A stretch of 64,000 nt of DNA from the IMG/VR virus record IMGVR_UViG_3300028394_000037; one strand, written 5' to 3'. This document shows positions 18,123 through 28,117 of the stretch, in pieces (the first letter of the stretch is position 1; every line of letters starts with the position of its first letter). This stretch comes from a virus. The notes beneath the pieces are model-generated. The model saw only the letters and a program-made list of their open reading frames with translations, ran no database searches and was not told the DNA's origin. Position numbers and translations under genes: made by a program.

Positions 18123-18970
18123 GCATCACCAAGATAAGATTTGTAAAAATAAGCAATATCTTGTGGAGAGTGTGGATTAAAGTAGGAATACATAAATCCA
18201 CAGTTTCCACTCAATAAATTAGAAGTGATATTTGCATCATGAGTTTTCACATACAATTTTTCTTTTGGAAGTCTTTTTGACGACAAGATAGAACAGAAAG
18301 AATCACATCCGGCATAATATTCACAGTGTGCGACAAGATCTACAACTAATTGAATATTTGGATTAACCAAAAGATCATAGTTAGACAAAGGAATATTAAT
18401 CTCATGATCAGAAATTACAATGACTTTCAAATTTGTTTTCTGAGATAATTCTTCAACAAAGTTCCAATCTCTATCATCAATTTGACATATATCTTGCTTT
18501 GGTCTTGTAGAGGTTGGATAATGAAATAATATGTAATTTTTGTGTGGAGGAAGTTTTGCGTACTTCAAAAAAGTGGACTCATAAAAAAGTTGCTCTTTAG
18601 GTAATCCTCTTTTTACTCCATCACAAACTTCAGCAAAAGTTCCTGCAACATCGATTGCTTGAACTTCATCTGAATTTAATCCAAATAGAGATAATCCGAT
18701 TTGAAAACTTCTAGCAAAGTCAGGTCTGAAATGCCAAAAAGGAACAGCAATAGGATGAAGTTGATGCATTGCATTTTTTCCAATTTCATCATCAATAAAA
18801 TATTGATTTTTTAAATTTGGATATCCTGGATTGTTTTCCATCAAAGGAGCAAGAACTTTTCCAAATCTACATGCCCAATAGATTTCTGCTATACTCTCTC
18901 GCTCCTCTTCAACCAAAAGGGAATCTAGACACAGCATGTCCCCAATTCCCACAGAAAGATACGTCTTCAT
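18119..18970 (-). CDS. Hypothetical protein, possible GT-B (GT9-like) glycosyltransferase
   Basis: GIGD at N-terminus, YILFH.P, YAGCDS resembling GT9 GxDSG motif. Confidence 0.45.
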   Translation of the reverse strand: MKTYLSVGIGDMLCLDSLLVEEERESIAEIYWACRFGKVLAPLMENNPGYPNLKNQYFIDDEIGKNAMHQLHPIAVPFWHFRPDFARSFQIGLSLFGLNSDEVQAIDVAGTFAEVCDGVKRGLPKEQLFYESTFLKYAKLPPHKNYILFHYPTSTRPKQDICQIDDRDWNFVEELSQKTNLKVIVISDHEINIPLSNYDLLVNPNIQLVVDLVAHCEYYAGCDSFCSILSSKRLPKEKLYVKTHDANITSNLLSGNCGFMYSYFNPHSPQDIAYFYKSYLGDA

Positions 18971-20172
18971 CAGAAAAACTTTTTATGCTCAACAACCATT
19001 ACTGGCCTATCACTCTTTTGTGCATATCGATATGCTGCAAGAACTTCATCTGGACTTTGAGGATCTAACACAGGGAAATCTACCATTTCGCGGAATAGAT
19101 TAGTGAAATCTTGTTCGTGTGTTGGACCAGAGTAGAAGAGAGTGCTATCGTCAACAACTGTTTTGAGAATAACAGGGCACTTAAATTCACCATGAGAAAT
19201 TCTTTCAATTTTATCTACATGATTACCAATTGCATCAGCAGCAACAAGCATAAAATCATGCCTCTCAAAATACACTACAGGTCTGAATCCCTCAAAAGAC
19301 ATACCAATTGCGAGACCAACCATAAGATTTTCTGCGACTGGAGTTTCAATCTTTTGATCAAGACTTACATTTTTGAGGGTTTCCATTGCATCACCGGGAA
19401 CAATACTATACCCAATAAAAATATTCCCATCGTCTCCCATTTCAGTCATTGCTAGAGTCACAGACTCTTTGAATGAAAGATCAGTTTTTTGAATATCAAA
19501 ATTTACAGGACGTTCCTCAAGACGCGGGAAATATTCTTCATCTGTTTTCATTACAGATTTCATAACACTCAAAGGAGCAAAGTTTCCTGTGCGAATGTGT
19601 GGTCTACTTTTATTATAGTGATACCTAAGAACGCAAGGGGGCCATTGAATATCATCATCTTTCCCCCACCGCGACTTCTTGGATGCATTAACTGCCATTC
19701 CATCATCTTCGATAACAAAAGTTACTGGGAGATCCCAACCATCTACATAACGAACTGCTTCAGCAAAATGTCCTGTATCCTCAATTCCATCCCCAATAAA
19801 GCACCAAACTCTTTGATTTGATTTTTTTCTTTTCAGAGCGTATCCAATTCCAACGGCAATGCCAGGGGTTCCGCCAATGATAGCAGAAACATAAAAGTTT
19901 CGTTTACGGTCAAACATAAACATGCTTCTACCTTTGCGAATTTTATCCTCTACCTCCTCGGGTGGAATTCCGTGAAGAAGTGCATGATAGGAATTTCTAT
20001 GAGTGGAAAGAACATAATCTCCCTCATTAATATTTGCAAAAATGTCAATTAATTGTTGTTCATTTCCACCACACAGATGAACGGTAAATGGCAGATATCC
20101 AGCATCATGAACTTCTGCGATGTGATCAGAAAACTCAATTAGTTTTTCTGGTGTCCAATCAGTTCCTCGCAT
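18970..20172 (-). CDS. TPP-dependent enzyme, fused E1-alpha/E1-beta (transketolase-like)
   Basis: HL.GGNE, STHR..YHALL.G, IGDG TPP motif; ETPVAE..M.G.AIG.S..G..P, GPTH. Confidence 0.85.
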   Translation of the reverse strand: MRGTDWTPEKLIEFSDHIAEVHDAGYLPFTVHLCGGNEQQLIDIFANINEGDYVLSTHRNSYHALLHGIPPEEVEDKIRKGRSMFMFDRKRNFYVSAIIGGTPGIAVGIGYALKRKKSNQRVWCFIGDGIEDTGHFAEAVRYVDGWDLPVTFVIEDDGMAVNASKKSRWGKDDDIQWPPCVLRYHYNKSRPHIRTGNFAPLSVMKSVMKTDEEYFPRLEERPVNFDIQKTDLSFKESVTLAMTEMGDDGNIFIGYSIVPGDAMETLKNVSLDQKIETPVAENLMVGLAIGMSFEGFRPVVYFERHDFMLVAADAIGNHVDKIERISHGEFKCPVILKTVVDDSTLFYSGPTHEQDFTNLFREMVDFPVLDPQSPDEVLAAYRYAQKSDRPVMVVEHKKFF

Positions 20173-20177
20173 GTTTT

Positions 20178-21188
20178 TTATTCTCCTATTTTAATCATAA
20201 TTCTACCAGCATTTCCAGTTTTTAGCAAGTCAAATGCTTCGTTAATTTGGTCTAATGTAAATGTATGTGTTATTAGTTTACTTACATCCAATAGTCCTTC
20301 CTTATGTAGTCTAATATACCGAGGGATGTCTTCCTGAGGATTTGTTCTACCACCTTGAGTTGCTTTAATACTTTGTCCTATTCCATTAAAAAGATTGACG
20401 GCATTCATTACTTCAAGAAACTTTCCTGGAGCAGGTTGTCCTACAAGAATCATTCTACCAGTATTTGATAGAATAGAAATACCTTGACTAATAACTTCTG
20501 GAATTCCCGTAGTATCAATTACAATATCCACCTTTCCTTCAATTTGATCGATAGAAGTATAGAACTTACTTGCACCAATATCAAGACACATCTGTTCTTT
20601 ACTGATATTATTATCCACTGCAATAATAGGGCAAGCACTCTTCATTGCTGCTGCCTGAATCAAATTCAGACCAACACCACCAGTTCCAATAACTGCAACA
20701 CTCTCACCAAATTTCAAATCAACTTCATTATCAATAATTCCCATAGCAGTCGTAAGAGCACAACCAAGAATGGCACAAAGTTCGGGGGGAGTATCTTGTG
20801 GAACTGATGTCAATCTATTTTCAGAAACAATAGAGTATTCATTGAGAGTAGTGACCTTACCACTGCTCATAGATTTTCCATCAAGAACATAACTTGGGAA
20901 TGGTGCCTCAATGCCAGTTCCAGGACGCCAGTGCATTACAACCTTATCACCCACTTTAACAGTTGTTACACCGTCTCCGACTGCCTCAACAACTCCACAA
21001 CCTTCATGTCCCATCAAATGTGGAAGGAACTTAGCATTTCCTTTATGCCCCCTAATCTCATGAAGTTGGGCACCACATAGTCCACTTACAAGAACTTTAA
21101 CAAGAACTTGACCAACTTTGAGTTCGGTCAATTCAACATCCTTTACTGCAAGAGGTGCATCAATTTTTACCAATACTGCTGCTTTCAT
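20178..21188 (-). CDS. Zn-dependent medium-chain dehydrogenase/reductase
   Basis: SGLCG, GHEGCG, GTGGVG. Confidence 0.9.
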   Translation of the reverse strand: MKAAVLVKIDAPLAVKDVELTELKVGQVLVKVLVSGLCGAQLHEIRGHKGNAKFLPHLMGHEGCGVVEAVGDGVTTVKVGDKVVMHWRPGTGIEAPFPSYVLDGKSMSSGKVTTLNEYSIVSENRLTSVPQDTPPELCAILGCALTTAMGIIDNEVDLKFGESVAVIGTGGVGLNLIQAAAMKSACPIIAVDNNISKEQMCLDIGASKFYTSIDQIEGKVDIVIDTTGIPEVISQGISILSNTGRMILVGQPAPGKFLEVMNAVNLFNGIGQSIKATQGGRTNPQEDIPRYIRLHKEGLLDVSKLITHTFTLDQINEAFDLLKTGNAGRIMIKIGE

Positions 21189-21193
21189 AATCT

Positions 21194-21949
21194 TTAATTA
21201 ATATACTTCCATTTTTTACTACAATGGTCTTTCATATAAGAAAAATCATTTGCTCTATTTTGTGGTGTTGGTTTTGCGTAAATGTAAACATTTTCCAAAT
21301 TAAGTTTTTCTAAAATGTAGTATACAGATGTTTCTACGGTGTGAATTTCTTTGGCGTTTTCAAATACTTTAATCCAATCAAATAAATTTACATCATCATA
21401 AAATTCCATGTAAATATTTTGATAATCATTACTTGGAATTAAATCATCTCTGGTTCCATAATTAGGATATGTTCCAGAATTTTTATTAATAAGATTATAT
21501 GGTTTTGTTATATCCAAACCAATTCTTTGAATTAAATTATTTTCTCTTTCTTCATTTCGGTTGAAATTCAAATAATTTTTCCAATCTAAGTAATCAACAT
21601 TGCAAAAATCGTACTTCATGTGTCCATGTGCTAAGTTGTTATTATGACACTTACATACTTTTTGAACATAGTCAGATGTTTGGAGTGGGACAAACAAATA
21701 TTCATCAGTCTGCACCATGTATAAACTGTCTGAATTATAAATTTCTTTATAAGGAAATTCTTGATTTTCATCAACAAACTCAACACCATCTGCAATCATA
21801 TAATTTTTCAAATAAGAATATGTTGAAGTGACTGGCCAGATAACTTTTTTATATTCGGTTTCTGTTCTGACAGATTGTGCTATTTTTTGGCAGAAAAATA
21901 TATCTCCAATTCCTGCAGGTTGTTTAATTATACAAACTTTATGATTCAT
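21194..21949 (-). CDS. Hypothetical protein, possible glycosyltransferase
   Basis: QPAGIGDI N-terminus, A.EIHTVETS; within glycan island. Confidence 0.5.
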   Translation of the reverse strand: MNHKVCIIKQPAGIGDIFFCQKIAQSVRTETEYKKVIWPVTSTYSYLKNYMIADGVEFVDENQEFPYKEIYNSDSLYMVQTDEYLFVPLQTSDYVQKVCKCHNNNLAHGHMKYDFCNVDYLDWKNYLNFNRNEERENNLIQRIGLDITKPYNLINKNSGTYPNYGTRDDLIPSNDYQNIYMEFYDDVNLFDWIKVFENAKEIHTVETSVYYILEKLNLENVYIYAKPTPQNRANDFSYMKDHCSKKWKYIN

Positions 21950-22574
21950 CTAATTTAACCTTCCAATAACTATCCCATTCTCTTTCATCAGATGGAATAT
22001 CTTTTTCTTTAACTATTGTTCCATTTAATCTACCCAAAGAAGCATGAATAAATTCATAATTTTCAGATAAAATTTGTTTGAATTCATCAAATTGATTATC
22101 TAATCCATCATACAGTTCAAAACCATTTCCATGAGTTTCTAAAAAAAGTTCTCCAATTTTTTTAGAATCAATAAAATCTTTAACAGTTTTTAATACATTT
22201 AAATCACTACCTTGAATATCTGATAGATAATAATCAATATATTCTACATTATTATCTTTTAAATATTTTCCCAGGTTGATTGTTTTTACTGTTATTTTTT
22301 TAAGCATTTCTGGGCATCCCAATTCCTTTTCACGTAAAGAAACATCTGCCAAACTACTTGAAACTCTATTGGGAGTGACATAAAAATCTTGTTCTCCATC
22401 AGATTCGGAACAAGCAGCATTAACTAAAGTAACCCATTCAAATTGTTTAAATCTTTTATTTAATTCGATAAACATTTCTGGGTCTGCTTCAAATGCATAT
22501 ACAGAATCATACTTATCAAACATTCCCCACAGAGAATTTCCAACATTAGTGCCAACGTAAACTAAAGTACTCAT
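21939..22574 (-). CDS. FkbM-family methyltransferase
   Basis: VGTNVG, YAFEADP, N.ACS, SDIQGSDLNVL. Confidence 0.8.
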   Translation of the reverse strand: MSTLVYVGTNVGNSLWGMFDKYDSVYAFEADPEMFIELNKRFKQFEWVTLVNAACSESDGEQDFYVTPNRVSSSLADVSLREKELGCPEMLKKITVKTINLGKYLKDNNVEYIDYYLSDIQGSDLNVLKTVKDFIDSKKIGELFLETHGNGFELYDGLDNQFDEFKQILSENYEFIHASLGRLNGTIVKEKDIPSDEREWDSYWKVKLDES

Positions 22575-22578
22575 AAAA

Positions 22579-23166
22579 TTATCCTTTTTTAGTAATTAAA
22601 ATTGACATACAATCATATCCAATATATGTTTTATATTTAACTTCATAATTTTTAAAGCATGAAACAATATTTTCTATAGAGATATCATCCCAACCAATCC
22701 AACCTCCACCAAATAAACGATAATCATCAATTACTATGATTCCAGAATCTGGTTGATAAAAATTATCAATAGAAGCACATTCTTTAAATAAGGGACACGA
22801 TTCGATGCCAAGAGCAGTATCTCCACCAGACCAATGACCATCAAGCCAAAAAACTGATTTATCTTTAGATTCAATACATTTTTGTAGAATCAAAGGCAAA
22901 ATATCTATAGTATCTCCAAAGTGATTGATAATTTTTTTATAGTTTTTTTCTTCAATAATTTTATCAAATCGTTCGTAATATTTTTGATCCAATTCAATTG
23001 TATGAAGAGTTTCAAATTCATTATATAATTTTTCTGGAGTTTCACCAGAATTAGTACCAGACTCCACAAACATCGTATATTCAGTTTTATCTTCACCAAA
23101 ATCAGAAATTATTTGCTGCAACATTTCTGGATATAATCCACCCTCGGTCCTTTTTTCAGTTGTCAT
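22579..23166 (-). CDS. SAM-dependent methyltransferase-like protein
   Basis: FVESGT, HTIELD, GD, FWLDGHWSGG, IVIDD.R. Confidence 0.65.
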   Translation of the reverse strand: MTTEKRTEGGLYPEMLQQIISDFGEDKTEYTMFVESGTNSGETPEKLYNEFETLHTIELDQKYYERFDKIIEEKNYKKIINHFGDTIDILPLILQKCIESKDKSVFWLDGHWSGGDTALGIESCPLFKECASIDNFYQPDSGIIVIDDYRLFGGGWIGWDDISIENIVSCFKNYEVKYKTYIGYDCMSILITKKG

Positions 23167-23962
23167 TGAAATAATTTCTCCAAATAAAATCTTCTAAAAT
23201 TTCCATTTTTTTAACCCTTTCCAAGTTATCTTTGATAGCATCCATCTTACTATAATACAATTCATCAGAAACGTCAAACTCTTCACTTAGGTCAATAATA
23301 CCATCTTTATTAAAATAATCTCCAATATTAGGAGCACCAAGATAGACAGGAATAGTTCCTGTAGCAAAACAATCCAAAAGTTTTTCTGTAAAATATGTTT
23401 CATATTCGGCATTCTCAATCGCAATAGAAAACATATAATCACAAAGACCTTCTTCTTTAGTTGAAATTTCATTGAAACCACGTCCAAAGAAATCAACTTG
23501 ATCTTTAAGTCTCTCAACCCATTCAAGACGCTTACGATGGCCCTCACACATATTTTTGTTGGATGCAATCATAGAAATGATTTTTGTCTTATCATATACT
23601 TTCAGATCTTTAATCCAAGTTCCTTGTGCAGGAACCCATTTAAATTTATCTGGATCAATCTCAATGAGTTCTTGATTGTGAGTAAAAATGATATCAAATG
23701 TATTCATTACTAAATTTGAATTCAACTTAACCCAATCAGTAATTTGAGGAAGAATTGCAGCAGATTCAAGAATCCAAGCATATTTGGGTCCAGATCGTGA
23801 ATCATCAAATGATAGTCCAATAGCAGAATCAATGTAAAAAGTTCCATCACCACCATCATCAACCCATTCAGTAAATTTAGAACTTTTTCCTGCTACTGAA
23901 CATTTAGGAGCATCAATATAATTGAAAGTATTTCCAACAAGATTAAATTTATGCTTTTGCAT
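23156..23962 (-). CDS. GT10 fucosyltransferase-like
   Basis: YMFSIAIEN....YFTEK..DCF..GTIPVY.G. Confidence 0.85.
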   Translation of the reverse strand: MQKHKFNLVGNTFNYIDAPKCSVAGKSSKFTEWVDDGGDGTFYIDSAIGLSFDDSRSGPKYAWILESAAILPQITDWVKLNSNLVMNTFDIIFTHNQELIEIDPDKFKWVPAQGTWIKDLKVYDKTKIISMIASNKNMCEGHRKRLEWVERLKDQVDFFGRGFNEISTKEEGLCDYMFSIAIENAEYETYFTEKLLDCFATGTIPVYLGAPNIGDYFNKDGIIDLSEEFDVSDELYYSKMDAIKDNLERVKKMEILEDFIWRNYFNDN

Positions 23963-25007
23963 TTATTTGCTCCACAATCCAATCATAAGTTTTTGAAATT
24001 CCTTCCTCTAAACTTTGAGAATAATCCCAACCAAGTTCTCTACGAACTACGTCATTATTAGAATTGCGACCACGAACACCAAGAGGTGCATCCAACTTGT
24101 GCATTTTTTGCACATCTTTACCTGCAACTTTTGCAGCAGTTTCCACAAGTTGATTGATAGTTACCATTTCTTCTGAACCAATATTGACTGGTCCAATGAA
24201 ATCAGATTCCATCATACGACGAGTTGCTTCAATACATTCATCAATATAAAGGAATGAGCGAGTCTGTTTACCGTCTCCCCATACTTCAATACTTCCACCT
24301 TCTTCAGGAAGGTATGCTACTTTACGACAGATTGCTGCTGGTGCTTTCTCACGTCCACCTTCCCATGTTCCTTCGGGTCCAAAGATATTATGATAACGAG
24401 ATACCCTAACAGGTATGCCATGATTCCTATGATAGGCAAAGTAAAGTCTTTCTGAAAAAAGTTTTTCCCAACCATATTCAGAGTCTGGTGCAGCAGGATA
24501 AGCAGATTCTTCACGGCAGTCGGGATTATCAGGATCAAGTTGATTATGCTCTGGATACATACATGCAGAACCAGAATAGAAGATCTTGGTCTTATTGACA
24601 CCAATCCGTTCATTCATTTTATGTTGCATCTCAAGAACATTGAGATTAATTGTAACTGAATTATGCATAATGCCTGCATCATTTTCTCCAGTGAAAACAA
24701 ATCCAGCTCCACCCATATCAGCAGCAAACTGATAGATCTCATCAAATGATTGAATATAACGATAAGGAACCGAATGATAGAAGTTGCCCCTATCGCCCTT
24801 ATATTCAAGAACACGACGAACAAAATCTACATCACGAAGATCTCCCTGAACAAATTCATTTGCTTCAGTAAGAGAATACTCAGGCCTCTTGAGATCTACG
24901 CCTCGGACCCAGTATCCTTCGGAACGTAGTCTTTTAACCATATGACTTCCAATAAATCCACCAGCACCAAGAACAAGTGCCTTTTTAGTACAATTTGCCA
25001 TTATCAA
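23949..25007 (-). CDS. GDP-mannose 3,5-epimerase-like SDR
   Basis: GAGGFIG, AADMGGAGF, SACMYPE, YGWEK, GGREKAPAA.CRK, GVRGRNS. Confidence 0.88.
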   Translation of the reverse strand: MIMANCTKKALVLGAGGFIGSHMVKRLRSEGYWVRGVDLKRPEYSLTEANEFVQGDLRDVDFVRRVLEYKGDRGNFYHSVPYRYIQSFDEIYQFAADMGGAGFVFTGENDAGIMHNSVTINLNVLEMQHKMNERIGVNKTKIFYSGSACMYPEHNQLDPDNPDCREESAYPAAPDSEYGWEKLFSERLYFAYHRNHGIPVRVSRYHNIFGPEGTWEGGREKAPAAICRKVAYLPEEGGSIEVWGDGKQTRSFLYIDECIEATRRMMESDFIGPVNIGSEEMVTINQLVETAAKVAGKDVQKMHKLDAPLGVRGRNSNNDVVRRELGWDYSQSLEEGISKTYDWIVEQINAKA

Positions 25008-25017
25008 ATAAATAAGT

Positions 25018-26316
25018 TTAAAGAATTGTCTGGATGTATTTTACCACAACATCTTCTATGTAGTCAATCATTTCTTCAGTAATTACCGGGGAACATCCTA
25101 CAAAAAATACATTATCAAGAACTTTCATCGCATTTGGGTAGTTAAATGCAGATTCAAGATGACGATATGCTGGGTGAATAAGAAGATTTCCAGCAAAGTA
25201 ATTACGAGTTTGAATTTTATTATCTTCTAAGAATTTAACAAGTTCAGTTTTATCCCCATTACAAATAATGGGAACACCAAACCAACTTGTCTCTGCATCG
25301 GGAAGTTCACCAACAACACGAACTCCAGGAATTGTTTCAAAAATTTTATGAAGTCTTATTTTGTTGGATCTACGTTTTTGATGAACCTCATCAAATTTTT
25401 TAAGTTGAATAGATCCAATAGATCCAAGCATATCAATTGGTTTTAGATTATATCCAATTTGACCAAAAACATACTTATGGTCAACTACTTTATCATATCC
25501 TATCAACCAATTATCAAATCTTTTACCACAGGTTCCACAACTTAACAAATTCTGTGATCCTACACAGTAACAATCTCTACCCCACCAAGCAAAACTACGA
25601 GCAAGATCTACAACCTCTTTAATATTTGAAGATACCATACCACCTTCAATTGTAGTAATATGGTGGGCAGGATAGAAAGAGCAAGAAGAAGCAACTGCAT
25701 GATCTGTAAGATACTTACCTTTCCACTTACTACCTAAACTATCACAATTATCTGCAATTAGGTGAATATTATATTCATTACATATGCTAATAATTTCATC
25801 ATAGTTGTATGCATTTGCAAGAACTGGGGAAGAAAATAATGCTTTTGTGTTTGGTGTAATTTTTTTACGAATCTGTTCAATGTCCCAATTTAGATCGGAG
25901 TAGTCAATATCAACAAAAACTGGTTTTAGATTATTCTGGATAATAGGGTTAACAGTTGTGGGGAATCCGCAAACAGATACAATTATCTCACCACCATCAT
26001 TCCAACCAAAATATTTCTTAAGTGCTGCAATCATAACAAGATTTGCAGAACTTCCAGAGTTAACCATCACAGAATAATCAAAGTTAAATTTCTTTGAAAA
26101 CTCCTTCTCAAACTTATTTACATTTTCACCTGAAGAAAGCCACTTACCAGTTAAAAGGGTTTTTAAAGCTGCTTCAATTTCTTGGTTGTCCCAATATGGG
26201 CCAGAATAAAAGATATTGCTTTCTCCCTTTACATAATCATTGTTATAAAGATACGGAAAGAAGTTATCTTCAGTATCAAATAAATTGTCAATAAATTGTT
26301 TTACTTGTTCTTTCAT
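25018..26316 (-). CDS. rfbH: CDP-4-keto-6-deoxyglucose 3-dehydrase (E1/RfbH/DdhC)-like
   Basis: NSGSSANL, DNCDSLGS, SFYPAHHIT (His replacing Schiff-base Lys), WGRDCYC...CGTCGKRF cysteine cluster. Confidence 0.85.
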   Translation of the reverse strand: MKEQVKQFIDNLFDTEDNFFPYLYNNDYVKGESNIFYSGPYWDNQEIEAALKTLLTGKWLSSGENVNKFEKEFSKKFNFDYSVMVNSGSSANLVMIAALKKYFGWNDGGEIIVSVCGFPTTVNPIIQNNLKPVFVDIDYSDLNWDIEQIRKKITPNTKALFSSPVLANAYNYDEIISICNEYNIHLIADNCDSLGSKWKGKYLTDHAVASSCSFYPAHHITTIEGGMVSSNIKEVVDLARSFAWWGRDCYCVGSQNLLSCGTCGKRFDNWLIGYDKVVDHKYVFGQIGYNLKPIDMLGSIGSIQLKKFDEVHQKRRSNKIRLHKIFETIPGVRVVGELPDAETSWFGVPIICNGDKTELVKFLEDNKIQTRNYFAGNLLIHPAYRHLESAFNYPNAMKVLDNVFFVGCSPVITEEMIDYIEDVVVKYIQTIL

Positions 26317-26318
26317 GT

Positions 26319-27053
26319 TTATTCTACAATATAAGAGAAATTTTCTTTTAGGCAACCCTGCCATGCCATTTGCAAAATTCTTTCAAACCAATGCGATTCT
26401 ATTGGATTATTATTATAATCAGTATAGTGCATCATTTTTTTATAAAAATTTTTGCTGTATTTTAAAATACAATTTTTAGGAACTGCATAATTTGCACCAG
26501 GAGCAAAACTTAAAAATTTAGGAGTATTATCCATAACAAAAAGATCTTTAATAAATTCTTTAAGATTAGAAATTCTGGGATAGACTTTCATATTCCTGAT
26601 TTCTTCAAATTTTTTGCTTTCAATTTTTTCTTCCCATTCCATTGGTTGTGCAAACCAATTGTCATTGACAAATTGGGGAAAATAAGAATCGCATAATGTT
26701 CCACCATCAATAGGAACAAACCAATTAGATTCTAAAGCATAAATGAATCTTTCTTCGGTTGTATATTTTTTTTGAAGAAGATTGCCTTTAATATGTATCA
26801 TCATATCTGGTAGATTATCATAATGATCAAAAATATATCTACCAATATCATAAGGATTTGATCCTACATTTGGAGATTTTATTACTTTTCCAAGATGATC
26901 TATTTTTGATTTTTGAGGAAAATCATCAGCAGTTCTATCATAGATGATAGTGTTTTCTGGGGAAAAACCATATTCGTAAGTTAGTCTCAACCATTCCAAA
27001 TCATGATTTGCATGATTACTCACCACTAAAGTTTTAGATAGGCTCATCAACAA
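26319..27053 (-). CDS. DUF3431-like protein
   Basis: L.W, PNVG......I.DHYDNLPD...., FAPGA.Y.V.K..I, H.FER. Confidence 0.7.
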   Translation of the reverse strand: MLMSLSKTLVVSNHANHDLEWLRLTYEYGFSPENTIIYDRTADDFPQKSKIDHLGKVIKSPNVGSNPYDIGRYIFDHYDNLPDMMIHIKGNLLQKKYTTEERFIYALESNWFVPIDGGTLCDSYFPQFVNDNWFAQPMEWEEKIESKKFEEIRNMKVYPRISNLKEFIKDLFVMDNTPKFLSFAPGANYAVPKNCILKYSKNFYKKMMHYTDYNNNPIESHWFERILQMAWQGCLKENFSYIVE

Positions 27054-27075
27054 ATAATTATTTTTTTCATTTTTA

Positions 27076-27918
27076 TTATATCATATCACAAAGAATTTGT
27101 AAACCATTATGAAAATTGGTATCACAAGAAAATCCAAGTGATTTCAATTTATCATTATTCAATGTCATATTTTTGACTTGTATGAATTCTTGATCTGGCG
27201 GTATGAGTACATCTATAATTTCACTTGAACTATTAACAATTGATTTTGCATTTTCTATAATTTTTCTAAAAGATAAAGATTCTCCAGAAGATATATTATA
27301 AACTTCATTAATATTTCCAGAGTCTATAATCAATTTTATAGATTTACATATGTCTTCTACAAACATATAGTCTTTCAAAAAATTTCCACCATCATAAAGT
27401 TTGATTTGTTTATCTTCCTTTAAGAGTCTTACCATATAAGCAAGAACATTCTTTCCTGGGGAAATTGTTTTATCCAAACCATAAACATTACCAATTCTAA
27501 AAATTCTATATTTAATTTTAAAAGTTTCACAAAAAGAAATTAAAAGTTGCTCTGCACACCTTTTAGTAATTGAATAGAATCCAGTTGGATTGCAACAATC
27601 AGTTTCCTTTGCATCTATTATATCATTTCCATAAACAAAACCAGAACTTATAAAATTTATTGTTACATCTCTATTTTTACAATTAGAAAGAAAGTCAACA
27701 AATAATTTTAAATTAGTATCAATATCCACATGAACATCTTTAAAAACATTTTGATTTGTTGTGGTACTTATAAAATAAAGAACTTCATTCGTATGAAAGT
27801 TTTTACTATCTCTTGGAATAAGAGTAACATTTTCTTTGTACATTCTTGAAAATGTTCCACCAATAAATCCAGTACCACCAAAGACAGATATTTTATTCAT
27901 ATTTTTCATATTCAACAA
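27076..27918 (-). CDS. NAD-dependent sugar epimerase/dehydratase (WcaG-like)
   Basis: GGTGFIG, FISS..VYG, Y..TK, R..NVYG. Confidence 0.88.
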   Translation of the reverse strand: MLNMKNMNKISVFGGTGFIGGTFSRMYKENVTLIPRDSKNFHTNEVLYFISTTTNQNVFKDVHVDIDTNLKLFVDFLSNCKNRDVTINFISSGFVYGNDIIDAKETDCCNPTGFYSITKRCAEQLLISFCETFKIKYRIFRIGNVYGLDKTISPGKNVLAYMVRLLKEDKQIKLYDGGNFLKDYMFVEDICKSIKLIIDSGNINEVYNISSGESLSFRKIIENAKSIVNSSSEIIDVLIPPDQEFIQVKNMTLNNDKLKSLGFSCDTNFHNGLQILCDMI

Positions 27919-27974
27919 AAAATTTTTTTACTTTATCCTTTAATTTAGTTTCAATTACATTCGTATCATTGATT

Positions 27975-28012
27975 TTATTATAGCAAAAAAGGAGAGTTTA
28001 TGCAACTCTCCC
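27975..28012 (-). promoter_or_regulatory. Terminator hairpin with embedded sigma70-like promoter for the glycan island
   Basis: GGAGAGTT/AACTCTCC hairpin + T-run; TTGCAT...TATAAT on minus strand. Confidence 0.65.
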
Positions 28013-28014
28013 AT

Positions 28015-28117
28015 TAGGTCTTTCAGGCTCGCCACTTGCTCTTTGACTAGAAGCAAGAAACTAGGCGGGAGAGAGTCCCATCCGCACCAACAATTCTTTA
28101 AGGAAATTGTAAACCTA
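28015..28117 (-). ncRNA. wcaG RNA motif-like structured RNA
   Basis: Closing stem TAGGT/ACCTA, two hairpins (ACAATT/AATTGT; CTTGCT/AGCAAG) each followed by UGGYG (TGGTG, TGGCG); upstream of a WcaG-like epimerase in a cyanophage. Confidence 0.75.

Noticed and set aside
18970-20172. Pyruvate dehydrogenase as a central-metabolism auxiliary gene
   Set aside because: Short fused alpha/beta protein, no E2/E3, embedded in a sugar-nucleotide operon.
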